Assembly: GCA_964035545.1 (NCBI GenBank)
Contig: CAXIUT010000099.1
Coordinates: 1 to 24,697 of the forward strand
Source of the DNA: Bugula neritina
Lineage: Eukaryota; Animalia; Bryozoa
Direction of reading: 5' to 3'
Length of the DNA: 24,697 nucleotides
The notes beneath the pieces are model-generated. The model saw only the letters and a list, made by a program, of their open reading frames with translations. It had not been told where the DNA came from and searched no databases. Numbering within the stretch: the first letter of the stretch is position 1; every line of letters starts with the position of its first letter. Made by a program: the position numbers and the translations under genes. Of the stretch, positions 10,401 to 21,706 are shown piece by piece.

Positions 10401-12257
10401 TATACAAGTACAAGTGGCATTATTAGCATTGAAGGCAAGACCGGCTTTAGTGTCACAGACAACACAAACTGGAGGATTTTGTTGAACATCGAGACCAGTT
10501 CCAGCTGGACATGAAGTAGGGCAGCATCCAGTTGTTGGATCATAGGCTGCGTTGAATTGGAATAGACGAAGATAGGTCCAGAAACTTTGGTCTGCAGTTG
10601 TTGATCTAACATATGAGACGGTAATGACAGCAACAGCAGTAGTAGATCCAGCATTGATTCCTTTGAAAATACCAATTACTGAAGTTGTAGCTGTAGTTAG
10701 AGGAGTATAATTGATTTAATAAAGAACGAAGCCGTCAACTTCAAGTTTGATTTTATATTAATTATTGGCTGCCATTCTTGCAGTTCCTCCAATGGGATTA
10801 ACAGTATCAAAGTATCCGAATTAGAACTTGAGAGGAGCTCCAGCAGTTAATCCGACGAATGGGATTTAAGTTTTGAAGATGATGGTATCGTTATTGCCAT
10901 TATTAGCACCAAAATACATGAAGTTAAAGCTATTTGATGTCCCGACACCTCCAGGAACAATGATTGGAGCTGAGCTATCTTCAAGGATATATTGTTGATC
11001 TGATTTGGTAGGCACAGTGAAATAATTTTTTTTTCCGACTTGATCTATTCTAGTATTGCCAGAATTGCAAAGGTTATCAATGTTGACTGTGAAAATATCT
11101 GCAACGAAGAAGAAATCAGTAGGATTGGAGTTGGGAGTAGTGACTGTGAACTAATCGATTGAGTTAAGAGTGGCATTGACATGGATAGTTGTGCATGTTG
11201 TATTGGCGTTGATAGGAAGGATAAAACGAGTGATACCGTAAATAGCATAGCGGGCATCAGGAAGGTGATAGTAAAGTTGGTTGTATTAGGTTGCTGTAGT
11301 TCCTCTTTTGATGGGAATTCCTTCGTTGAATTTTTCAACAGTTGTGAAGATGTAGCTTGATGAATATAGTAAATTTGAGCCAGCAGGATATGTAGCAAGA
11401 ATGAGGTTAGAATCCATTCTTGAAATAACAAAAGCTACTTTGATGTATTCGATGGCTCCTCCAGGATTGTGAACGGCTACGTTAGGTCCATAGGGTGTAG
11501 CTGCTCTGGTGACAGTCACAGTATTCTCATTTAGAGCTGGATCTGGTGTCAAATTGGGTAGAACTCCAGCAGATAAATATTCAGTTGTAGTTCTGGCTGA
11601 ATTCCACATAAAACCCATAATATAGGCGTGGATTATTTATTGACCACTTCCACCAGCAGCAGTATTGGTAGCTGTAGTACCAGAAGTTGGGCAACCTGCT
11701 GAATCGAAGGCATAGTCAGGATCAGAATAAATGGAGCATGTAAGAGCAACTGGATTATTTTGATAGGCTGCACCGATGAGGTCAAGACCTGTTGGGGTAG
11801 TTGAGGGATTAGTTGCTTCAGCTACTGTAGCCCAGATATCAGAAAAGGCTCCGTTAAGGTTTCTGGAAACGACAATGTAGGTGAAGGAAACAAGGTTCCA
11901 AACGGTGATAGCTCCAGTGGATGGGTTTCTGAAATCGACAACGATTCTCATTCTTGTGTTTTGATTTTCATATGAAACTTTTTTGATGATGAGAGTATAA
12001 AAAGAGCTGCCACAGGCAGTTTGGAATCCAGAGAGTGCAAAACCATGACCCAAGACATCAACTGTTTAGAATGCGTTGAGAGTGAGATCTTGGTAGTAAT
12101 CTTTGTTGGCTCCATTGTTGTATGTATCAAGAGGATTGAGGTGGATGAGGCCGGTTGCCAGTTTTGGAATAAGGGAGGCGTTGTGGCATGTGTTTTTGAA
12201 GTTGGTTTGTCCGAAGGCAATGAGTACTAAAAGTGTAAAGAGGATGACACCTTTCAT
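7419..12257 (-). CDS. Secreted 1612-aa cysteine-rich protein (furin-like CxxC repeats) with a Cys-poor N-terminal region
   Basis: Track fragments 12066-12257, 11637-12053, 11286-11618, 8592-9125 and 7593-8003 share one frame and are joined by TAA/TAG read-through. Signal peptide MKGVILFTLLVLIAFG. CxxCxxxCxxC repeats run from about 10530 downward. Ends NKQGICA-TGA with no TM anchor. Confidence 0.92.
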
Positions 12258-12517
12258 ACCTTTGTTTAAAATCTTCTAAACGTCAATTTCTAATTCGACA
12301 TTAAAATAAACGACGGACGACAGAACCTTCAAAATTACATATAAATAAATAAAAAGCTATCAATAGTGTCCTTAATGCTTTAGAAGTACAATTTTTTAGA
12401 GAATAAATGAATACAGCTGTTTTTGAAACTTTTATTTTTGAGGAATAAAACTATTTAAGAAACGTTATTTGCAATATAAAATTAGATATAAATTTAATAC
12501 GGTCATAAAATATTCAT

Positions 12518-12593
12518 TTGGGGTTGGGGTTGGGGTTGGGGTTGGGTTGGGGTTGGGGTTGGGGTTGGGGTTGGGGTTGGGGTTGGGGTTGGG
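12518..12593. repeat. Internal telomeric tract (TTGGGG)n, right end of the first minichromosome
   Basis: 76 bp of TTGGGG oriented as a right-hand end, about 260 bp upstream of the Cys-rich gene ATG. Confidence 0.97.
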
Positions 12594-12906
12594 ATTTAAA
12601 AAGGGTAAATAACTGAAAAATATGCATTTTCAAGATGAGTATAATAAATATACGTTTTCATATAAATTCGTTAGAAAGCATCTTGATCATCTGCTAAAGA
12701 ATTGAATATAACTTTTTTGTTGAGATATATTTCAGTGAAAAAAGCTAAAGTTTTATTTATACTATTTTAGTTATTTTAACATATAATTAAATAAAATTAA
12801 CAAATGCCCTTATTATTGTTTAGTTAAACTATATTAAAATAATTTTTGGTAAAGAATATTTTTTACTTATTTATTGAAAAAGAACAGATAAATTCAATCA
12901 TACTTA

Positions 12907-13626
12907 TCATGCTTCTTCAATCTCCATATTATCTTCTTCGCTGATTTATGTATAAACCATTTCAAATTTTACCGAGTCAAATGCGATTGAGACTAACATT
13001 CCGATCAAAGTAAGAGCCAGAGTCCATTCAAGTAACTTACTTTTATCGCTATTGCTTTCATCCGTGTTGTCTTATGTCTTCATTGAGCTGTAGATAGCTT
13101 GAAGAAGCAAAAAAAACAGGAATAAATATTTCACATAGAGATTGATTCGACTAATAGCTTTAGTTTTATTGTACAAAATAGTGCAAATGACAGCATTATA
13201 GATTTATGCGACAAAAGTCAAGATAAAGAACCTACCTGCACAATAAACATGTATTTTTGTATTCATATGCCCTGTATCGATCGTGGCGGTGTTGACCATG
13301 AGAAAGAGAGCGCCCATGATTCCAATAACCAGTCCGACTTAAGGATGATACTGGCGAATGTGGAAACCATGCTAGATAGAAATCGTTCTCAGGCAGAAGT
13401 AGTTGACAAACCATCCCAATATTATCAGAGCTGCTCCTGTAATGGTGCTCAATCTGAAAGTTAGGAATTATGGATAGTGTTGGGCCACTATGCTGATGTA
13501 CTGGTGAGGGAAGGGTGGATCATGATGATAGTATTGAGATTGCCAGTAGATGATGGCCAGACTTAGAAGGGCAAATCCGCCTCCGATCAAGAGAAATATG
13601 CTCGCTGGAAAGGAACCTTTGAACAT
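12907..13626 (-). CDS. Frag1/DRAM/Sfk1-family (PGAP2/CWH43-N-like) multi-pass membrane protein, 239 aa
   Basis: MFKGSFPASIFLLIGGGFALLSLAIIYW...PHQYISIVAQHYP(E)FLTFR...IHVYCAGRFF...LLEWTLAL. Several hydrophobic segments; family-like YIS..YPE, H...A..F and EW motifs. ATG 13626, TGA 12907-12909. Confidence 0.7.
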
Positions 13627-13811
13627 TAGTTATGTAAATAGATATATTCAGATATTATCTGTGATTAAAATGATTAGTATTCTGATGAGATCATTTAAAA
13701 ATCTTTCTGGTAGTTCTGATAGTTCTGATAGATATATTTTGATATTGAAAATGAGCAGATCAATCAGATAACATAATCTGATAGTTATATTCATATTGAT
13801 AGAGGATTAAA

Positions 13812-15430
13812 ATGGACTACGATGCTCGTAAAGATTCTCTTCTTTCATAGCAAGAGTCATAGAAAGTTGAAATCTATCTTTCTTGTCGTAAAGTGGATGT
13901 TTAGGTTGTGACTGTTTAGGGGTTTTTGCAAGAAGCTAATAAGCCTCGTAAAAGTGTCTTCTATTCTAAACCTACTGCTGTACACAATTCAAGGGCTTAA
14001 TTCGCTAATTCTATCGTCCTAGAATACTTTTTTGAGTGTAACTCTGTATTGATAAAGATAGACAAAAACTTTTTTTCTAAGTTTTCGACACTTCTGGATC
14101 AGCACGTTACTCTGTGGGCAAAGTAGCGACTACTGTAGGTGAAATCTTTAACGGCCGTGAGAAAGGGATAGTTAAACAGATCGAGAACAATGGAACTGTT
14201 CGAGGATAGATGTTGCTTCGTTGTTAAAAAGTAGACAGAGGTACTCAAAGATATGTTTAATTCTTTTTGAGAACACGTAATTTAGATGTCGGGTCAACTT
14301 GTCTATGTTTTGGATAGAAATCTTCACAGTGGAAACTTTACAAGATAAAACAAGGACAAGAATATTTGTTATATGAAAGTGAGGTTCGAGAGGGTCAAAA
14401 CAACAGATATAATCACTTTAAGATCAATGAAAAGAGATTGTGTAATAATAACAATAAACAACCCAATATCATTAGATTTTTCAGTGGGACTTCTATGATA
14501 GCATAATCACGATTTGATTTGGCTACTTTACAGTAAGGTAAGCTGAGGTTAACTCTTACTAAAAATAATCAAGAAAAAGGACTTATCTTCTTTTAAAACT
14601 TTAAAGAATTTACTAAATTTGCTTTCACTGATTTCCTTTCTGCAGGCATGCAAATGGCTATGGTTCTATGCATTGATTTCACTGCTAGCAATGGAATACA
14701 AACAGCTTCTACCTCTCTGCATCATCATAGTGCTCATAAAAGGAGTCAATACGAGTAGGCTCTTCATGAAGTAAGCAACATTGTTCTTGATTATGATACT
14801 GACAAGTTAGTTCCTTGTTTTGGTTTTGGAGCTAAAGTCAACTTGCCATCTTTCAATACTTATAACAAAGTTCATCACTGCTTTCCTTTGAATGGATCGT
14901 AGACGAATCCTAACTTATTCCAGTTGGCAGGAATCTAAGAAGGATATCGAAAGTGTCTACCATATCTTCAGTTTTCAGGTCCTACCTTTTTTGCTCCTCT
15001 TCTTCGTGAAGCAATGTCAGTCTGTTAGAACATGAAATCAGAGCAGAAAGAGTATATGATTCTTCTAATTTTAACTGATGGAATTATCCACGATAAGTAG
15101 GAGGTCAAAGATCTGCTGGTCAAGTGTGGAAGGCTACCTTTAAGTATCATTATGATAGGTATTGGTAATAATTAGGATTGGAGTATTATGCATGAATTAG
15201 ATGACGATGATATGCAGATGACTGATTTTCAGGGCAATAAAACTATAAGAGACCTGGTCCAATTCGTTGAATTCCAAAAGTACAATAACAATGGAGTGTA
15301 ATTGGCTAGTCAGGTTCTTTATGAGTTGCCTCGTCAAGTGTAAGAGTACCATATGCTCAATAACATGGTTCCCTAGGTTTACAAAAACAATATGAGCGAT
15401 AGCTATGCCCAAAAAAACCATCTATATTGA
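13812..15430 (+). CDS. Copine (two C2 domains plus VWA), 532 aa, one 20-nt intron (14038-14057)
   Basis: Motifs EYFFE..QKLFF(E)VFD, CIDFTASNG, DYDTDKLVPCFGFGAK, FSGPTFFAP, LLILTDGIIHD, LPLSIIMIGIG and RDLVQFV. Removing the intron restores the frame. Confidence 0.93.
14038..14057 (+). other. 20-nt spliceosomal intron (copine)
   Basis: GTAACTCTGTATTGATAAAG; removal gives FE-YR-QKL, matching the copine FE..QKL spacing. Confidence 0.8.
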
Positions 15431-15473
15431 TTTAGATATCATTGTTATCAGTATAAGTGAAATATTTATGATA

Positions 15474-16055
15474 TCATTGTTAGGTAATGTTCGATTCTTC
15501 TATGTTTTCATATTGGTTTTCATTTTTATTGATGAGATATCTTCTTTGGGTTGATTGACTTTTTGAACGATTTTCTGGTGAGAATATTCTTTTTTTGTAA
15601 CGAAAGTTTCCTGATCTTCTCATAAAAATCTAACTTAATTCTTCATGTTTGTTATTTTTGTTTAGTATTTCGCTTTAAGATTTTCTTTTTGAGATGGAAA
15701 AGTTAAAACTTTTTCTCTAATGTGGTAACAATTCATATTTATCGATAACTTTCGAAGGAATAATACAGGATTTATTTCTAATGCCTCGACTACTTTGATT
15801 GCTCTAAGGTGTTTTGAATAAATTATCTTTGAGGTGTTTGTGGCCATTGATATTTCTTCTTTCATTGTATGGGTATTCTTTTTTCATAGAGTAGAGAAGA
15901 CCTTTTTGATGGATATGTTTTGATACTTTTTTGTTGGAGAAGAAATGACGGAGATTTGGGTCTTGTAGAGGGTTGTAGTAGGGTAAGGGAACTTCGTTTA
16001 TGTGATAGTTTGTTATGAAGGGTTTCTCGGGATGAGGTTGATAGTTTCTACGCAT
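15474..16055 (-). CDS. Hypothetical ~193-aa protein with a YNPLQDPNLRHFF...GL motif (ERICH3/FSIP2 N-terminus-like, possibly ciliary)
   Basis: Track ORF 15804-16055 continues through TAG/TAA to TGA 15474-15476. Motif resemblance is from memory and the C-terminal frame is less certain. Confidence 0.6.
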
Positions 16056-16219
16056 AATAAAATTATTCCAGTCTTTAAAATATAAATCTAGAATTATATT
16101 TTTTTGTGTTATTCTTGAAACTCATATTTTTAAGTAAAAATATTATGAAATATCAATCTGGAGAGCTTTAAATTTTTTAGATGAAATAATAAATAATAAA
16201 TAATAAATAATATAAAATA

Positions 16220-18013
16220 TCAAAATCTATTGACTTTTTCTAATGCCTTGGAACAAGAATTACTACTTTTTCTAAATTATTTATTTCCATTGATAGTTTG
16301 ATATAGTTTGACTTATTAAGGTTGTTATTAATAGCAAAAGCTACTTCTGATAAATTTTTGAGTTTTTGATTATTTTACTAATTTTTGACCATTTTTAGAT
16401 TCCACAGATTGATTTATAGTAAAATATTTATTAAAAGAACTCGATACTCTATGATTCTTTTCATTATCTTTATTTTGACCGAGTAAAGATCGATATCTAA
16501 GTTTTCCTTTGCTAGTTTTTTATTTTTATATCTATCTATAAGTTTTCGAATATCTGTTTATTCTATTTCTGCCAGTTTGTGCAGTTTCTAGAGTTCTGAA
16601 GTTAGTAGAAATAGATTTGAGTTATTTCTATTTATTTTATTCTTGATTATTTTATTATTTTTTATCAATTCTATGTGTTCTATTCCCATATCTGAAGCTA
16701 TCTGGATCCATCATATCCATAATCTACCCCATAGGTTTATCTTTGACCATTTGTTTGATTCTTGCGGTGTTGATATGTTTTCTTCTTTTCATTTACAAAT
16801 ATAGCTATCCAAAATTATTGGTATCGGTGATATGTTCGAGTATTTCGTCTTTGGGGGGAAGTCTGAATTTTATTAACCTTCTTGGTACTTCAGCATGATC
16901 TAATTACATTATCTATTGGATGTAGATGTTTCCGAGATCGTTCATGATCCATTTGATCTTTATATTTTAGATATATATTTTTGAAGTCATGTTCAAGTAA
17001 TGCACTATTTTGTAGGTCATTAGATCGACGTATTGTTGCGGATTGTTCAGCATCATATAGTGATCTAACTCCTAAATAGTATCGATATCGGTATACCCTT
17101 CCTCGTATTTGTGTAGTCCTCCTAGTAGAACCATGATATCGTTTTAAGCTCGTTAATCTAGCTAATTTTGAGGATTAGTCAAAGTGAGACTATATTTAGA
17201 ATAGTAGATCGCTTTGGTTTATAATTTATATTTTATGTAGGATTGGACATAGACTACTTAGTGCAATTTGTTGTTAGTCGACAGCATGAACATTTAGAAC
17301 TAAATTTGATTGAATAGTTGACAATTGCCATCGGTGTATTTGACTATGACAAAGGGTTACTTGCTATTCATTTTATGTTACTATATTTGTTGGATTTAGT
17401 ATTTTTGGTGTTTGTGGAGAATGTATCTTTTGAATTGTTTTTTATTTTTTTGTAAAATGCCTATATTATCCATTCCGTCGTGAAAATGGGTAGGAACGAA
17501 TTTGTCGAAGTAGTTCATGTGCATGTGATCGGGGTCGATGGCGTCGAGCATTTTCTAGTTGAAGAGGAGTTCTAGCATGTACTTGTATTCTTTTCTGTAG
17601 CGCAGCATGGTTGGATAAAGGGAGCGAAGAGGAGTAGTGCCTGATAGTTTTATTAGACGGCCGTCTTTTCGACTGCTTTGGAATGTTTATAGACTTTATC
17701 CTATTACGAATAGCAAATCTGGGAGGTTCATTTTTATGTTTTTGGCTCCACTGAGACACAAATTGTCTAGCAACTTTTTAAGCCATATTGTTGATGCTTT
17801 GCTTGTGACAGTGAAAAGATTGTGGTCTACTTGAGATTATATTTATATTTTCTATTCTTGGCAAAGTTTACAGGTACATGTGTCTTTATTAGTTAGGAAG
17901 TTTTTGGGGTCGATTGTGCTTTAGAGACCTTGAGTTGTAAAGAGGTTTGCTTATGTTGATTGTTGTGGGTGGGGGGAACTTGGATGTTTTCTGAAAGAGG
18001 AGTTGTTTTGCAT
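16220..18013 (-). CDS. Hypothetical protein, 597 aa
   Basis: TGA-free frame from ATG 18013 (MQNNSSFRKHPSSPH...) to TGA 16220-16222; no family recognised. Confidence 0.75.
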
Positions 18014-18173
18014 GTTTTTAATAAAATTATTTAGTTAAAATAATTCATCTTTTTATCATCTTTAACATAATAAAAATAATGAGCATCTTAATCAACTTGT
18101 TTTTGATATTTTAATTATTTTTTAACCATCTAAAATAAATATTTTGACTATATTATTAACCAAATACTGAATA

Positions 18174-19333
18174 ATGCAAATATCCACATCAAGTTCAGTC
18201 TTTTATAAGACACAGACTTAACTTCGAACTCGTAAAAGAATCCATAGTCTTCAGAGTGTGGTATTTTATTGTTTATTTAGGCAAAAAAAGCATTGAAAAC
18301 TGAATAAATCGAGTAGAATAAAGCTATTATGCAAAACTTGTAAAAATAATTTGAATATGATTACCGAAAAGCTTCTCATTTAATAGATGAAATATCACAT
18401 ATTCTTCCTGATAATGATGAAGTTAGTATTGATTACAAGTTATTGAAATATTTCTAAAATAAAATGTAACTAGTTTCCAACAAAGTCGAAAGAGAACAAG
18501 CTAACTTTTGTTAAAAATAATTTTATGACATAAAAAAGTTAGTAATTCAACGAAAAGAAAGTCATCAGTTCAATTTATAAAATTCTTAGAAAGTGATAAA
18601 ATCAAAATACAAAGAAATTCATTAACTATTTGAATAAATGAAGCAGGATAAGATGCACAAATTGATGAATCAGATGAAAGTTCGTCCTAAGAAAGGTTTT
18701 ATTCCTCTAGATAATACAGATAAAATCGTTCAGATCAAAGATAATATTTAAAGTATAAGAAATTAGATAAATAAATTATAAATTAAACATAAGAATTAAG
18801 TTAAAGAGGCATAAAAATTGAATAAATAATGGTTTTCTTTGTTAATTGGCATGCTAAGAGGAGGGTATTATATGAATATTGGAGTAAAAGATATATTTAG
18901 AGAAATGGTTGTTATTTCTTATGTACCTGTTAAAGATAACTTCCCTGATTTTATGGATTAAACAACTATTGGATTCTTTTTAAAGCAATATCAAGAAATA
19001 AAAATAAAATAATCAAATAAAAGTTAGTAAAATAAAATCACAAGAAATAAACCCAGATATCTTTCGCTATCGATAAAAAATATTCGAGAAATAACGAAAA
19101 AACCTAAACTAAAAGAAATATATGACGGAACAAAGTAATACATGGCAGATTATCTAAAAAGCCAAATCTGGAAAGAGTAATTAGCTTTACCTAAAATAAG
19201 ATAAAAAATAAGAATAAAATAGAATTGGAAATAAACAGAATTGAAAAGAATGAGACTAATTTATTCTGATAGAAATAATTTCAATAAAATAAAACTTATG
19301 TTATGGGGTCCTAAGGCAGAACTGACATCATGA
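18174..19333 (+). CDS. Hypothetical K/E-rich, probably coiled-coil protein, 379 aa, one 20-nt intron (18261-18280)
   Basis: ATG 18174. The unspliced frame hits TGA soon after 18280; the spliced frame is open to TGA 19331-19333. Confidence 0.75.
18261..18280 (+). other. 20-nt spliceosomal intron
   Basis: GTATTTTATTGTTTATTTAG; removal joins the ATG-bearing exon to a ~1-kb open frame. Confidence 0.78.
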
Positions 19334-19410
19334 TTATTTTAAATATTTTCTTAATAAGCATTTATATTTTAATCAGAAGGTGACAGCTCTATAATTCTTT
19401 TTTGATAATA

Positions 19411-19713
19411 ATGCAGAAATTAGCTCAGCAGGCCTAGAAGAAATAGCTCATTCGAGTGTATATTGAAATGGATAAGAACAAGTTACAGATAAAGTTTCCT
19501 TTTGATACCAAGGTGCTCTGCATGTAAGAATATTTGAAGCGAACAGTTAAATGGAACGCAGCCTAATCTTTATTTTTATTTGTTAAAGAATCTCGTAAAT
19601 TGATGACAAAAGATCAAACGATCTCTGAATATGCAAAGAAGGAGTAGGGGGGTAGCAATCCGAATAATGAGAAGGTGTTGAGGATAATAGTGAGGAAGAC
19701 GCCGACATTTTGA
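19411..19713 (+). CDS. Atg12/Atg8-like ubiquitin-fold protein, 100 aa, lacking the C-terminal Gly
   Basis: ...EYLKRTVKWNAA(E)SLFLFVKE...DQTISEY...VLRIIVRKTPTF-TGA resembles the Atg12/Atg8 core. Confidence 0.6.
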
Positions 19714-19734
19714 TTGAATATGAAAGTATTGATA

Positions 19735-21542
19735 TCATTAAATGATCAAATCTTAGATATCTGCTGGAAATATTTCATTTTTGTTGTTGTTGTTATTTTC
19801 ATTTTTTCTTTAGATCAGGCTATACTGTTTCTCGAGCATTATGATGTAGTGGATGTAGTAGAGAGCTTATTGACTGGTTAGTCTGTGTGCTGGGTTTATT
19901 TCATGGCATTTGCTTGCGAGATAGTTCAGTTAGCTATGAATTAGAGAGTTGGAGTCGTGTTCGTGCAGGGAAAACAGGTTTTTGATGATTGTTCCTACAG
20001 AATAAAGATCAAAAGTTGGTGATTGATTGTATTATTCATGTGAATACTTGTTGGAGACGTTGGGGTAAAACATTTATACTTATTTATAAAAGAAATAGTA
20101 GCCTGGGGTGGACATGACTGAATAAGACAAAAGTTACGACTCTTGGTGTAGGCTTTGAATCCATTATCTGATTATTTGTTGGATAGAATTGGACAGGAAG
20201 ATCCGAAGTCGATGATTTTGATATTGAATTGATCGTCTATTAGGATATTAAGTTCTTTGAGGTCTCTGTGTAGTATATTTTTTGAGACGAGGAAAAATAT
20301 TCCTTCTATGATTTGTTTTGTGATGTTTAATTTTTGTGAAAAGGAAAGTTGATTTAGTTTGTTGGCCATATGTAGATTTCTTTGGCAGTATTAGAGATAG
20401 ATATTTTATATTTTGTTTGATTAGAATTAGGTTGGAATGTAGTATTTAGCTATTCTTGGATTTTTATAATTTCTTATGAATTTAAGAAAGTTTACTTCAT
20501 TTTGAAAACTTTAGTCTGTTGATTTTTTATCTTTTTTTGGTATCTTCTTTACTAATTTTCTTTTTACCTATTCAATTATAGCCTCTTTATCTTACCTGTT
20601 TAGCTTTTATAAATATTTAGGATGAATTGTTGGATACAGATAAGCGATATACTCTCCATAGTATATCTAACTAAAACCGCCTATATCGATTTTTTCTTAT
20701 TTGAGTACTGTATCTACAATGATTCCTTGGGCAATTAATGAAATATTATTATTATTTTCATATTTTTTTTATTATTAGGTTAATTATTGTGCTGCTTTTT
20801 ACTATGCTAGAAAGCAATTCTTTTTTTTATTTTTATTCATACCAGATTTACCATTTCTATATTAATTAAGTATATTTCCAGGTTGATTTCCGATGATTTA
20901 GATAGCCTGGTCAACTACTTTGATTGAACTATTGGTGAGATCATAATATCGGATAGATTTATCTCGTTTTAAACGATTAAGTTAAAATTTCTACTTCAGA
21001 TGACGCAATGTTATCAAATATTGATAGACTTTCTAGGATTTTAGTTATAATATGGGTATTGTTTTTATTTTGTTTGAATATTTCAAAAATTGTTATGATA
21101 CTTAATAGTATAGCTAGAATATGGTTGGTCCTATGTATTGTTTTAGAATTTAGTAGGGTATGGAGTAGCGAAAACATAGTAGTTGAAGGTAATTTGGATT
21201 TAGATAAAAATTACCTAAAAAGCTTTAGATATTCAGCTGTTTCAATATGTTTTAAGTTGAGACAGATGGATCAGGTTCTTTGAGTATTTTATTTTAATCG
21301 ACCATTTCGATGTTAATTTGAAGTTGTTTCTTGAGTTGAATAGTCCAGAGGGTATCGAGTTTAACAGGGCAACTTTTTTTTTATTTCAATTTGATTCTAT
21401 ACTTGAAAGTTTGGAATTAACGGTCTATGAGAATCTGGTCTATAGTTTGACCAGATACTTAGCTGAGAGATTGTTCTATTCTTCTGATAAATTATGATCT
21501 TCTACAATCTTGGACATTTTACTCTTCAAAAAATAGGTTCAT
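19735..21542 (-). CDS. Protein kinase, 595 aa, with a long N-terminal extension and one 20-nt intron (20118-20137)
   Basis: GGFS(E)IYYG, FQNEVNFL, IYL(E)YC, HRDLKELNILI, KIIDFG, STPGY, DLYSVG and NPAHRLT. Frame traced from ATG 21542 to TGA 19735-19737. Confidence 0.88.
20118..20137 (-). other. 20-nt spliceosomal intron (kinase)
   Basis: GTAACTTTTGTCTTATTCAG; required to put DFG and DLYSVG in one frame. Confidence 0.85.
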
Positions 21543-21706
21543 AATAACCTATGTAATTTTTATAAATTTTGTTATAAAATGTTTATTTACATAAATGAAA
21601 TGCTTTTCACTAGACTATTATCATGCTAAGATATTTTGAGTAGTGTCTTTGTTATATTTATTATCTTAATATTTCAAAATTAAATATTTCAATTTACTAT
21701 TGAAAA

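Noticed and set aside
12495-12517. GTCATA shortly before both right-hand telomeres as a breakage signal
   Set aside because: Only 6 bp, at different distances from the tracts, and absent at the left end; chance is likely.
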